A stretch of DNA of 64,000 nucleotides. Origin: Guillardia theta CCMP2712 (taxonomy: Eukaryota > Protista > Cryptophyta). The position numbers and the translations under genes were made by a program. The stretch is taken from contig NW_005434600.1 of NCBI RefSeq assembly GCF_000315625.1, forward strand, positions 218,260 to 282,259, in the 5' to 3' direction. This document shows, piece by piece, positions 27,960-41,574 of this stretch. Below the pieces are notes generated by a model. It was not told the origin of the DNA. It made no database searches and was given only the letters and a program-made list of their open reading frames with translations. The stretch's first letter is position 1. Every line of letters begins with the position of its first letter.

Positions 27960-30900
27960 GTCCTTCTACCGAGCTGCTCTTAACTTTCATTGCCGATCGC
28001 CGCTCGCTCCTTCTCTTCCATGAGCAGACGACCTTCAAGATCCTGCGACAGATTTGAGGAGAGGATAGAAGGGGAGAAGGAAAGAGGAGAGAAGGAGGAA
28101 AGGAAAGGAGAGGAGGAGAGAAGTGGACAGGAGGAAGAAAACGGGAGAAGGGAAGAGGAGGAGAGGAGGAGAGGAGGTGGTGGAGAAGAGAAATTTTGAA
28201 AGGACCTGTATGGATCTCAACAATTGTCTTTCTCTCTCGCCCGCTTCTTCTTCCAGCAGCACTTTCTCATGCTTCAACTGCAATCAAGTGAAATTGTGAG
28301 CAGCTCAAGCTCTTGTATATGTCAGTCTTGTGTTGTGTGTGGTGCTGTGTATCAATCTTGTGTTGTGAGTGGTGTTGTGTATTTCAGTCTTGTTCTCACT
28401 TGATTCAGCCGATTGTTCAGCTCGTCTACGGCATCTTGCATCTGCATCTCAACAAGCCTGTTGGAGTCCTTCAACGACAACAGCTCCTGTCAACACAAGA
28501 AGATGTAAGATGTTGTGATAGATGACTTATTCTCTTCTCACATCTTCCAGCGTTGCCTGTTTGCTCATCATGTCAAGTCTTTCTTCTTTGAGTTTGTCGA
28601 TGATGTTTTCTGCTTCAATGAGATCTGTTTTGACCTGTTTGCATGTGTGACTGAAACAAGACGTGACAGGTTGCGAGATTTACAATCTTGACATTCTCTT
28701 GCTCTTCGATGATGGCCTGGTAAGACGATAAGACGAGAGAAGCAAGAGTTACGAGAAAGGGGAGGGGAGGGGAGAGAACAGGGGAGGAGAGGAGGAGAGG
28801 AGGAGAGGAAGAGAGGAGGAGAGGAGGAGAGGAAAAGAGAGATTAGAGGACGAGAGAGGAGAGGAGAGGAGAGGAGAGGAGAGGAGAGGAGAGGAGAGGA
28901 GAGGACAAAACAGACAGGAAAGGAAAAAGGAGAGGGGAGGAGAGAGGAGGGGAAGGGAGGGGAGGGGAGCGGGGAGGAGAAAAGACAGGATAAGACTGAA
29001 TAAGCTCATCAGGAGAGCGGAAAACCTGCTTCTTGAGTTGATAATCTTCTTCAATGTTGCTGAAGAAATCAAACTCTCAGTTTTCAAACACATCGCAGAA
29101 AAAGCGACAAATCTCTTTCTTGCGATTCATCATGATCATTGAGATCATCATGACCAGTGAACATTAACGTGATATTCATCATCATCATCACCATCACGAT
29201 CATCATCATCATCCTCATTCTCATCCACATCGTCATCGTCATTTGCATCATATTCATCATCATGAAACTTAGTACTCATCAGCACCATCGGCATCATGAA
29301 AGAACTAGATCTCAACGTGTGGTGACAAACATTCACCGGATCTGCAAACTTTGACTATCAAGACGATGGTGCAGGTTGTTGATGATCTCTTCTTTCTCTC
29401 TCAACAAGAACTCTAATCTTGTCTTCAAACTCTCCATATCGTTTTCCTACCAAGAAAGAGCAACATGTGTCAGTCGTCTTTGTTTGTTCACTTCGTTGTT
29501 CTCCTTACTGTTTGCTCTTTGGTCGCCAAGACCTCGTTGATTGTCTGAGTCAACTCGTCTTGCATCAACTTGTTGCTGTAAAAGCATAATGTTCATTGAG
29601 AAGGCAACGAGAGAGGAAAAGAGGAGGAGAAGGAGGAGGGGGAAGCAGGAGCAGGAGCAGAAGGAGCAGTAGGAGCAGGATAAGGAGCAACAGGAAGAGC
29701 AGCAGCAAGAGCAGCAGCAGAAGGAGACGGAAGGGAAGGAGGACGAGAACGAGGAGGCTAAGGAGGAGGGGATGGGGATGGGGAGCAGGAGGAGCAGGAG
29801 GAGCAGGAGATTCAAAGCTCATGAATCGATTTGCAAAGGATCAATCTGACAGGAAAACGCTAACATAAAATTTCCCACATAGAACAGCAGCATACATCGC
29901 ACTGGACACACAACATTTCGATTTTTCTCTTTCTTCACCTTTCTTCCATTGCAATGAGATCTGTGGTTCTGATCTCATGAAACAAAGAGTCTCTGCACAA
30001 CAAACATCAAACGAGCCTCGAGATCAAGTGGATGTCTTCATACCTCCAATCGTGAAAGAACACGATCAAGTATTTCCTTGTCTGCATGAAACTGTTATGC
30101 AATACCAAATGACAAAAACTCCTCTCAAACAAAATCTCGCCCCCAATTGATCAACATTTACATCTCAACCTGTCGTTTTCTGCATTCTCATGGGCCGTAA
30201 TCATGATTGCCATCATGATCTTCCTCCTCCTCCTCATCATCATCATCCTCATCACAACCATCACATCACAATCACCATCACCATCACCATTACAACCATC
30301 ATCAAATCCTCTATCATCATCTCCATCATCAAAATCATGAAATGAAGCTCACCAAACAAGACTCAATCTTGTTGTCGACATGAATTTGTCTTGTTGTCTC
30401 TTTCATAATTTTCCACCACAATGACAACGTCTTTCTCATCGTCATCGCAATCCATCTCTTCATGATGCTTTTACCTGCGCAATACGGAAATCAGCGACAA
30501 TACTTGTGCAACATTGCTTGAACATTACTTGTACACCAATCATCAACCTCATTCTCCGAATCATCCCCATCATCATCATTCTATTCACTATCACTATCAT
30601 CGTCATCGTCCTCTCAATCATTACCATCACTATCATTATCATAAGCAGCATGCGTCACCATCCCTTTGTTTTCTTTCCAAACTTAGCTCACCAATGTTTT
30701 TGAGGCAGATTCTCATGTAAGATTGGTGGTACCACAACTTGCGTACATCTCTACAGAGCTTATTGTTCTGTATCAGAATCATCTTCCCTGCAGTTTGTGA
30801 TTTCCTCTTCTCCGTCGTTGCAGTCTTCTTCCACAACTGAACTGAACAACTTGCAACATGCCTTGCATGCTTGATCATGACATGCTCCGACATGTTCCTC

Positions 30901-33900
30901 AAGAAGCTAACGTGCTCTTTCCACAACCTCCACTCTCTGAAGAAGACAGCCTGCATGTTGAACAGCCACCTGTACAAGCACTTGTCCATGACCCTTCTCC
31001 TCCTCCTGTTCCTCTCGGTGTTTGCAACAAGACATCTCAAGGAATGTTTGAAAGATGTCCGAAGGAACATCTTCTTGGCTCTCTCCAACCTGTTCAGCTC
31101 CTCCCTCTCCATCTGCTGTGACACTCGCGCTACAAGTCGGAAGTGCTGCATGTCCAGACTGTCAAGCTGATCTTGAAAGTTTCTCAACGCATCTTCCACA
31201 GGCTGCAGGAAAGCTCCTTGCGTACTCCTCAAACATTCTTTCCCCATCCATGTGATACTCCTCTCTCTCACCCTCCTTAGCATCTCCCTCGCAATCTCAT
31301 CCGCCGACTTTCCCCTCTCCTCGTCATTGCACGACGGTAAGATACACACGTACATCTCGACTGAATTTGCAAGCTCAAATATCCCAATCACTCGGATGCG
31401 AGAGGACGGGCAGGAGATCGCCCGGCAGATGTCGCTCGCAGCTCTCTCCTCCACCCGCTTCCTTTCCATAGGATTCGGACACAATTCCCTGAAGGAGGAG
31501 GCAAGCGAGAGGACGACCGTCCTCGCCTGGGTTGCATCCTCCTCCTCCAACCTCCTCCTCAGTTCATTCACGGCCTCTGAGTTCTTGACCATCTCTTCCT
31601 CCTTCATCGAGATCTGCTGCGTCAGCATCGAGATCGTTTCCTCCTTCTCCGTGATGATCTCCCCGCTCCTCATCAGCGGCCCCCTCATCTGCTCCAGCTG
31701 CTGCTCCAGCGACTTCACACTCTGCTCCAGCTCCTCCTTCACCCTCTCGAACCACTTGGTCTTAATCTTCCCCTCCTCAATGAGATCCTTGTTCTCCTTG
31801 AGCAGCTCCTCGTACCTCCTCCTACTCTCCTCCATCCCGTCTGCGCTCTCCGCCTTCGACCGCGACTGTCTTGACAGCTGCTGGTCAAGCTCGAACTGAA
31901 TCTGCTGCTTCTCCTTAGTCAGCTGGACAATCACCCTGTCAAACTCGAGCCGTTCCTCCTTCAGCTGCCGCTCAAGCTTCGCGTTCAGCTTCTGCAAGTT
32001 CTGCTGCTCGCTTGTCAGCTTGATGACAGTGTCATCGCTGCTGTGCTTCCCGCCCGTCGTCTTCGCCGCCTCAAGCTCCTTCTTGCTCTTGCTCAGCAGC
32101 ACCTTGTACCTCGACTCGCTCTCCCGCAGTGTCTCAATCTCTCCCTTCAGCTGCTTCACTTCAGCCTTCTTCTCCATCTCCAACTTTTCCTTCTCTTTCC
32201 TCGTCGCCTGCCAGTTCTTCTCCGTGTCCTGCAGCTCCTCTCGCATCCGCCTCGCCTCCGCCTCTGCCTCCGCCAGATTCTCCTGCAAGACCTTGTTCCT
32301 ATTCTCCAGCTCCTCTGCCCTGATCTTCCACAGCGCTGCATCCTGTGGCTGCTGCTGCTGCTGCTGGGGCAGGGAGGAAGAAGACGACGGAGTTGCTGTA
32401 GATGTTGTTGGGCCCCTTCTTGGGGTGAGGAAACTTGAGATGTTTGTGCGAGGGCTCGCGACAATCTCCTTCTTGAGCGTCTTGGTCACTTCGCTCCTCT
32501 CTGTCAGAGCCGATGACATCTTTCCTGGCTGGGAGAGGGAGGAGAGAGAGAGAGGAGGGACGAGAGACGCTTTCTTGCTCGTAGTCTCCACGGACGTCTT
32601 GCCGTTGGAGGACAGAAGGCTGATTGAAGAAGAGGATTGAGTTGACGGATCAGTTGACGTCTCTTTCATACACTGAGAGATTTTCTTGGCCAGCCGTTGA
32701 GCAACGAAATTTTCGGACTTGATTAGATTGTCCAACGACTTTTTCATGTCAGCCTGACGAACAAAATGGTTAGTCCAAGGATTAAATGCACAAGAACTTG
32801 TACTTCGTCAGCATCATCATCACCACCTCCTCCTCCTCCACCTCCTCCACACCATCATCATGATTTTCAACAACATCAACATCAACATCTCCATCCTCAA
32901 CATCATCATCATCATCATCATCATCAACAACAACATTCGCATCCTCCTCATCAACAACATCAACATCAACATCATCAAGTCACCTCAGTCAGCTTCTTCT
33001 TGACTTCTTCACTCCCTTCAAGCTGCAGCACGATGTTGCAAACTTTCTCGATGACAGGGAGCGATTGTGCCTTGGCTTTCGTGAAATGTTTGTCGTACGA
33101 GCCTGCAACTCAAAATATGAGAATTGACATCAAAGCAATTGAAACCTGACTGACTGACTGACTGACTGGCTGGCTGACTGGCTGGCTGGCTGGCTGGCTG
33201 ACTGACTGACTGGCTGGCTGGCTGGCTGACTGACTGACTGACTGACTGGCTGGCTGGCTGACTGACTGACTGACTGGCTGACTGGCTGACTGAGTGACTG
33301 AGCTACTGACTGACTGACTGACTGACTAGCAGACTGACTGACTGACTGACTGGCTAGGTGGCTGGGTGGCTGATATACCTGGCTTCCAGTCCATGAGTAT
33401 CTTGGCAAGGAGGCGGACGACGTTGCAGTTGGCGATGACTGTATGATTATCTCGACAACTTGCAATCATCTCCAGCGAGTGCAACACGTCATACACTCTC
33501 CAGCTTATCCCGCCAAACCTCTACAGGATGGTCAGGAAAGGAGAAAGTGCGAGACAAGTCACAAGCCAACCTGCCCACTCATCGCACAATCAAGAATCTC
33601 GGCAACGATCTCGATCCTAACGGTTCTGTCATGAAGTTGTTTGAGCTTTCTTGAACACCTCACCTGTCTTGTTTCGCCTTCGCAGTATCTCCCACCAGGT
33701 TGCACAAAGTCTGCACGTCATGTCTCAGAACACAGAGTTTGACACGTTGAGCCGACAGGTCAGACTGACCAAGTTTGCAAGGTGAACGTGAGGAGGGTGG
33801 GACTCGTTGGGCTTCGGGTCGTCAGTGAGAACTGCAAAGATCACAATCAGGTAATCTTAGAAAGAGCCTGTCCGAATGTCTTCACTTCTCTTCCCGATCA

Positions 33901-36030
33901 TGTCATTCAGCATCGACGGAAAGTCAGCCTGTGAGTTTTCAAATTTGCGAGGAAAAATCATCGAATTTCGAAAACCTTGGGTGAAAGCATCATCGATTTC
34001 CCGAGAGGACTTCTTGAGATATGATAGCAGATCTAGAACAACAACAAATCATTGGAAACATCTCCATTATCTCCTTGACTACGATGACAGCAGTTACCAA
34101 ACTTTCTTTCTATGATTGTAATGACAACAGCACATCCAACAAACTCTGCTGCTGAAGATGCATCATCGCCAACAAAAACTTACAGAAGTCGCTCTTGTTT
34201 GCTCCTCGGCATCTTTCGATGAACAAAGTTTCTTCAAGCACTCAAGAAGTCCTGCATTGTTGCCAGGATCAGTCACCACCACCACCACCACCTCCTCCTC
34301 CTCCTCCTCCTCCTCCTCCTCCTCCTCCTCCTTTCTCATCATCATCATTATCTCTATCCTCAGCCACCTCCTCCATCGTCTCCATCATGACAAGAGCACC
34401 ATGAGTTCGTCCCTACCCGGCTCCGAAGCAATCTTTCCACCTGCCTCTTCCCCTCCCATCCCAGCGCAGTTGTTGATCGCAAGACTGCAAAAAGGTCGTG
34501 ACGTCATCGTGCAGGCATGCAAACATCTCCAAAGCTTACGCTGCGATGTCTCGAGCATTCTTGTGCATTTCTTTACTCCCATTCATACGGATCATGGAAA
34601 CTGCTCCAGACAAGAAGCCTGACAGCAAGGAAAACGGCAGGTCAGAGCTCACAGCCAGGAAGACAGCAAGTGAGATCTGAGTTGTGAGCACGGCATGAAA
34701 GCTCGTTCAAGCAATGTGCAAAATCCTTCACTCTCCTCGCAATCATGATAAGACGGCACACATAGAATGGACAAGAGCATGAAACAACAAGCAGCATGAA
34801 ACAGAGCCATTACCAGCCATTCCGACCACTTGGATCGCAGTTTCAGGATCGACAAAGACAACCTGCCGGCAAGGAACAATCAGGCATAAAAGGAGTCTTC
34901 AGACAGGAAGAAAGAAGAGCAACAAGGAGAGAGCATGAAAAAAGTGGCAGGAGGAGGTGTAGGAGTAGTGGGAAGAGGAGAAACATTAGGAGAAAGAGGA
35001 GGAGGAAGAGGAGGAGGAAGAGGAGGAGGAAGAGGAGGAGAAGGGTGGTAGGAGGAGAGGGGACCTGTGACAGAGCATGAATCGCGTTTATCTGCTCCTG
35101 GTTGATCCTGCCGGAGTAGTTGACTTTGCCCAGAATCTGAACCATCAGCGGAAGGAAATGCTGCGAGGCATCAGACAAGTCAGAGGACCGAACATGTCAC
35201 AAGGAGGCGTCAAACACATACAAGGACGGCAAAATTTACAGATTCATCGCACAAGTCATAACCGAACATGTCACAAGAAGGAAACAAACAAGTCACATGA
35301 CCGAACATGTCACAAGAAGGAATCAAACAAGTCACGTGACCGAACATGTCACATGAATCGGCAGCACCGGGATCGTCAAGAGATTCTTCTGGTTGTCTTC
35401 ATTCCCGTAGGCAATCCAAAAGATTATAGAGGTGACATCAGTCAGGACTGCCAGCAAGTCATGGACAGCTCGGAAAACTTGACCTTCTCTCTCTTCTCCT
35501 CCTCCTCCACCTCCTCCTCTTCCTCACCCTCTGCATGCTCTGATCGCAGTCCGTTCACCACGGCCTCCAGGACGCTCCTTGAAATCTTTTCGGACATCTG
35601 GGAAGCATGAGACTAGCATGAGCAAGCGAGATAGATAGAGAACTTTTCTGCACACCTTGGTCCTCTCAGCAATGCCCAGCAATTCCTTGCTTGCCTTGGA
35701 TGCTGAAAGAACCTCTCAAGAAAGCGCAAGAAAGTACAAGGAAGAAACATGTCATCTACCTTTTTCCTTGTCCTCATCTTGAAGATCGCGGAGCAAGTCG
35801 GCATGCTCGGAAATTCCATCGTCTCCCAGCATCTCTGTACAACCTTGCTTTGCTTCAGGCCATCTGTGTCAATCGCTGCTATCTCCTGTCTTGCTCCTAA
35901 AGCACGTACAGTCATTCCAAGCTCACACGTAGCATCACCAGTTCAGGTTCTGCACTGTTCGATCTGATTGGCTTGACAAACGCTCTGGATCTCAAAAAAA
36001 CGAACTAAAAGCCCATATTCCATCTCATGC
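27960..36030 (-). CDS. Large multi-exon coiled-coil protein with Trp-containing Sfi1-like repeats; N-terminal part helical/ARM-like
   Basis: The 702-aa exon ORF 30639-32747 is rich in E/K/Q heptads followed by ..FFREWRLW.., ..VQLWKK.., ..RKLWY.. segments. Flanking short exons lie on the same strand. Limits are approximate. Confidence 0.65.
33146..33352. repeat. Intronic (CTGA/CTGG)n microsatellite
   Basis: Read directly from the sequence. Confidence 0.95.
35186..35353. repeat. ~39-bp minisatellite (gaccgaacatgtcacaagaagg..acaagtcac), 3 tandem copies + 1 detached, probably intronic
   Basis: Read directly from the sequence. Confidence 0.8.
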
Positions 36031-36828
36031 CCCTCACATCCTTCACTTCCATCGCCATCTCCCTCTTTCCTGTCCCTCCACCTCCACCTTCTGCTCCTCT
36101 TGCTCCTCTTGCTCCTCCTGTTCCTCCTGTTCCTCCTGTTCCTCCTGCCAGTCCTGCTCCTCTTGCTCCTCCTCCACCACCTCCTCCACAACTTCATCAC
36201 CTCGAACTCGTGATCCTGACCAGGTCTCAACTTTCCATCTGACTCTGTTGCTCCCCTACTCTCCATCCTCCTGCTCTCCTCCTCCTCCCATCTGCTGCCA
36301 TCCTCCTTATGATCCCCATCGTTCATCGCCATTGCTATCGTCGCTACGCTGCTCCGCCAATTTCCCTTCTAGATTCTCCACGGCTGCCTCGGCATTTTCT
36401 TGAAACTGCTATGACCCCACCCCACTTTGACCATGTGGGACCCCCCACCCACCCCCTTTACAGGATCCAAATGATCTTCCGGGAATCGAGTAGCAGGATT
36501 CTTTGCAGATAGGACCAATTTGTTATATATGGTGTAATGGCCTATAACTTCCTAGGACAATACGTGACAACATCACCGTTTATAACCAGACACACCCCTA
36601 CCCCCCAAAATACCACCCACCCTACTCCTCCATTTGATTCATATTGAATCGGTCAAAGTACCCCACCCCGTCTGCTATTCTGGTAAAAGGACCCCCGTGA
36701 CTTGCTCTCGTCCATAATAAAAAACTCTGTTTACGACTCCAGCAGGACAGGACAGGTACTCCTGCACCGACTCCGCCAGGAACGTCCCGTCTCCTCTCCC
36801 TGATCTGCTCCTCCTGCTCCTGCTCCTA

Positions 36829-36860
<32 letters not shown>

Positions 36861-37007
36861 CCTGCTCCTTCTCCTCCTGGTATTACTCGACTTCGATTCC
36901 TTGTTCCTCCACCATAATCGACTGCCTCAGTCTGCTGTCAACTCTGATCAAACTCCTCCTTTCCGATACTGCTGATCTGATCCTTCTGGAGTGTCAGACA
37001 TCTGATC

Positions 37008-38635
37008 ATGCCAAGTACCAAAGTATCTTCTTCCTGCAATAAACACAACATTGCCCAACACAATCTGGACAAATATCCGATCTCCTGCTACCTCGCAGGG
37101 ACTGGTTGACTTGCCCCGAGATCACCTCCTGTCTGCATCTGCAGAAGTTTCTTCAGGAGCATTTGAGGGCTATCGTGGCAACTCAATGGTATGGAACGAG
37201 CTTGATGAGTTTGCTATGTGGGGGGAAAATCTTTCATTGTATTCCAATGAGAGATCACGCTACACATCTCTTGACATGTTAAAAACAGGGACGATCAAAA
37301 TCTCGTCATAGCCGAGTCCGAGCGGCTGCAAGAATGCACAATTACCATCACAGCTCTTCTGACTTTGCTCCGACGGGTTTTCCATCCATGTACACCTAAC
37401 ATGACTTGTGAGCTCGGAGAGGTCGGCTCCCACCTATCACCGTCGGTCTCTCTTGCTTTGTTGTGTCTACTCCCTCGCAAACCTTCGAATCAAAACACGA
37501 TGAGTCCACGGCAGGCCTGATGTCATCATATGTGTTGTTCAACCTTTGTCTGCTTCCAGCAAATTTTGTCTATCAGGGTTTCAAGCTGCAAAATGTTTTC
37601 AGAACTTCTTCTTCATCCCAAGGAGCCGACAACAACCGAGTCGCTCTTCTGCGCAAGGATCGATTGCTCCACAGTATCCTCATGATCGCCTAGGAACACC
37701 TGAGAACAACTCAGCTGCACATGCTCCTGCACATTCTCGCTCCTCTGTCGACTACCTTGCAGGCTTGCACCATTGTCGGAGGGGGGAAGTCGTAGATACT
37801 GAACAAGTTGTAGCGTGTCATCGTGTTAGACCACAGCGTGTCAAGAACACCGGAAACTTTCCATCTTGCAGACTTCGTCCATGACTTCCATGACCTGCCG
37901 TAGAGTCACTGGTGCCGCCGTTGCTCATCTCGGCATGACCCTGCTCTCAAACCTCTTGTGGGCAGGCCCTGCCTTCTTGGCGATCTCCGTCACGGTAGCT
38001 CTGCACCCAGCACCTGCAGGAGGAGGTCAGACTCTCAGTCTGTCATGGTCATGCATCACAGATGTGTTCCTTCTCCAGCTTCTTCGGCATCCCTGGCTGC
38101 CGACATCAAGTCATTAGGAGGTTTCGTAAAGGAATTTTCACAGTAAGCAGCCAACCTCACCTCGTCCTTTCCTCACCCTTCCCTTCGCTTCCCTCTTCTT
38201 CCCTTCCCCTTCCCCTTCCCCTTCCCCTTCCCCTGCCCTGCCCTTCCCTCCCCCTTCTCGTCGACCTACGACATCACCATCACTGATTCCTCTCAAATAT
38301 CCGATCCTCCTCTTGTGCACTCTGAGCTTTCATGCCTCTCCTCTCCTCTTCTTCTCTTCCCCTCTCCCACCTGTCCCATGATCATCCCCAACATCGCCAG
38401 CATGGTCAGCGCCGTTGCCACATCCTTGATCGCCATGTTCGACGCAATCGCAGTTGGCAGTGTGGCTCGGTGCTGCCTTTCAGACTCAGCTCAGGCCCGC
38501 CTCACGGGACTCGTTGGTAGTGAAACTACTTACTACTACAGTACTAGACGCTGCCTCTGGGGTCCAACAAACATGGCTGGAGGGAGGAGGGAGGAGGAGG
38601 AGGAGGAGGCTGACAGTCGACGTTGCAGTATATGA
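37008..38635 (+). CDS. Possible multi-exon unknown protein with hydrophobic C-terminal segments
   Basis: Short ORF pieces separated by plausible GT-AG introns, with a hydrophobic stretch IASMVSAVATSLIAMFDAIAV. No family was recognised. Confidence 0.3.
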
Positions 38636-38792
38636 GCGTCAGGAAGCAGTGGATGGTTGTTGGGTTGGATGCCTGAGTTGTAACAAGCCACAGACGATGT
38701 TGCTGTTGCTTCGAACCCGTGAACAAGTCGACCAGATTAGTTTGTTGGCTGAAGCATTCACCATGGTCTGTTGAAACCGTTGGATGCCTGCC

Positions 38793-41200
38793 ATGGAGAG
38801 AAGAATACAGAAGATCTCTGAAGATGTACAACAGCGTGTTAGAGGCGGATCAATCGCTCCTGACATCGGCGCCATCCTCCTCCAGCTGATATACAACTCA
38901 GTGGATGCAGGGGCAGCGATGATTGCGATAAGGGTGGATCTTGAGAACATGCTCGTCCAGGTTAGACTTTCTCGTGTGCAAGGTAGATTGTCTGAGCTTC
39001 AAGTGGTAACGAGAAAGTTCGCCAGGTGACAGATGACGGGCATGGGATCGTGTCTGCCGACATGTACAACGTTGCGAAGAGGGGATACACAAGTCGTCTG
39101 AGGGAGAAGAGTGATCTGGAGAGGAATGACTTCCAGTACTTTGGTTATCGAGGAGAAAGTCTGTCGTCCATCTCTGAGTTCTGTGAGCTGGAGATCACAA
39201 GCAGAAACATGCACGAGAAAGATTCTTTCCGCAAGGTCGCTAGTTTCACATCAATACATTTCGTGTTGGCACCTGAACTTGTTCGCGCAGGTTATGAAAG
39301 GAGGGAAAGCTGTGTCGTTTTCAAGTCTTGTGGGTTCAGGGCCTGTTGGAACAAGTGTAGTCTGCCGTGATCTCTTCTACAATCGTCCAGTAGCACGAAA
39401 GATCATAAGCAAGCAGATTGCAGACATGTACACGATGAAATCACGCCGGGTTGTCATCATAGAAAACTTGTCTTCACTCATCCGATCATCGACAGTTGCA
39501 CACCCGGCGATCTCATTCTCTCTGCACTTCTCCCCCAACTTGCAACCTGACTTGGATCTCCCGAGGAGCCGCGATGTGCTGAGCTTGCAGAGGGTTGGGA
39601 AAGCCTTTCCCCCTCACGAGATGTTCAGGTTCACGACAAGGCATGCGAGCTTCTCTCTAGATGTTTTCTTTGGTTCCCCTTGGATGAACAGTCTTCCTCG
39701 CAGCAAAGACTTCCAGCTCGTGTTCTTCAACAGGAGGTTCAGCTCAAGAAACCCAGTTCACAAGCATGTCAACCAACTGTATAAGACGTGTTGGAACTCA
39801 TTTCACCCAATTGCTGCTCTTGAGAACACCCACGTTCGAGAATTCTTCAAGTTTTTCCCGCAGAGGAAGAAGAGGAGAGCAGAAGACAACTCGGCAGTGG
39901 CTCCATGCAAGAGATATCCTGTCTTCGTGGTCGACATCCAGTGTAGCCCTTTGGATTGTTCGTTTGCAGACTGCGATCATGGAGCATTTGTGGAGTTTGC
40001 ACACTGGGAAGAAGCGTTCAAGTGCTTGGAGAGTCTGTTCAAAGAGTTGTGTGAGAAAGTAAAGACAATGGACAATCAGACGTCGAATGTTGAGATGAAT
40101 GAAAACCAACCCCGCAATCTTGCTCCATCTGTCAAAGCCAACGATGATGCGGAAACAAAGTTGTTAGAGAGGTAAGGACGTGGACGTCTCTTGAAGTTTG
40201 CTCAAACGTGTACAGGATTGAGAAGCTTTCATATCGCAACGTCAACACCAGCTGCCTTGAAGGTGAAGACAACGTGTGACTCTGTTGCGAATCTCAATCT
40301 TAGTCTCTTGTTGAAGGCGAAAGTTCGAAGCGAAAGGACGTACAACAGTACAGGAGAGGTACTGCCCATTTACTTTCTCTCGTGCTGCCGTTTTATCTTG
40401 ATAACATGACTGTTTACAAACAGAGTCATCGACATCGCTGACTCGGCAAGTGGAGACAGAGCTTGTCGATCAGAGCGAGCTTGACCTTATCGAAATCGCT
40501 CTTCAAACTGCACATCTTGCAAAGAAAGGAAATGCTGCACTGAGCAGTACCAAGGGGGGGCGGTTGGCGACGGCGAAAGCTCCTGCCATGTCTGGTTTTC
40601 AGTTCGACATCGCGGCGTCTCAATGGAGAGTTTTGTCTACTCCACAGGGAGATGAAGGAGGAATAAGTTTGTCTTCATCGAGGACTCTTCCTTCTTCTCG
40701 AACCAGCCAGGTGTGTTTGTTGGACCTCCTTGTAAATACTTGGTTCATCTCTGAAGTGACGATGCTGCCTTGTTTGTGTTCTCATGACAACCCGAAGCAA
40801 CCTGTTTGCTGCTCCCTCCGTCCCCTGCACTCTTCTTCTTTATCTCACAATCTTGCGCGTCTCTCACGGTCTGAACCTCACTTCAACTTCTGCAGAACTT
40901 CTCTTCGCGTCCCAGTGAAACTTCCAAGACCAGGAGCTCTCAAGACCTCCTTGAAGAGTTCGAGAAGTTCTCGAGGAAGAGGAGCCGACTGAGCATGGAG
41001 GGGGAAAAGTCAGGAAGCCGGTCAGAAGGAGGACATGTGGGGGGGAGACGAAAGGATGCGGATGAAGGGGAGGGCGCAAGTTTGCATGATGAAGGGACAA
41101 CTGCTTCACGGGGTCGAAGTTACAAATCTGAGATCATCAGCATCGACAACTGGGATGCTTCTGCCAAGATGAAGTTTGCTCTGACAAGAGACTGGTTGAG
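38793..41200 (+). CDS. MLH3: MutL-family mismatch-repair/meiotic protein, MLH3-like; GHKL ATPase region present, C-terminal endonuclease domain not found
   Basis: LIYNSVDAGA, VTDDGHGI, YFGYRGESLSSIS, GTSVVCRDLFYNRPVARK and QLVFFNRR motifs. An aromatic/hydrophobic residue before NS is typical of MLH3. The last readable exon ends KFALTRDWL. Confidence 0.78.
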
Positions 41201-41574
41201 GTTAGTGATGATGATGATGAGAACGAGGAGGATCTGAGAGCGGGAGGAGGAAAATGATGATGGCGCTGAGTGGGGGCAGGAAAGGGAAGTGCAGGAAGAG
41301 AAAGACAATGAAGAGGACGAGAATGAGCACGAGGGTGACGATTAGGCAGAGGGGGAAGAGATGGTGGTGGTGGTGGAGCAAACGGAGGAGCAGGAGGAGC
41401 AGGAGGAGCAGGAGGAGCAGGAGGAGCAGGAGGAGCAGGAGGAGCAGGAGAAGGACGTGGAGCGGCAGCGGAGGGAAGGGGGGGGGGGGGGGGGGGAATG
41501 AGAAGGGAGATAGATGTAGTCCAACGCCTCACATGAGACATGAACCGAGATCTACTTGCTCATCGTATTATCAT

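Noticed and set aside
33380-33520. WRVYDVLHSLE resembles the E2F/DP RRxYD..NVLE motif
   Set aside because: The key RR and N residues are missing. The in-frame continuation (IASCRDNHTVIANCNVVRLLAKIL) looks ARM/helical and belongs to the large coiled-coil gene.
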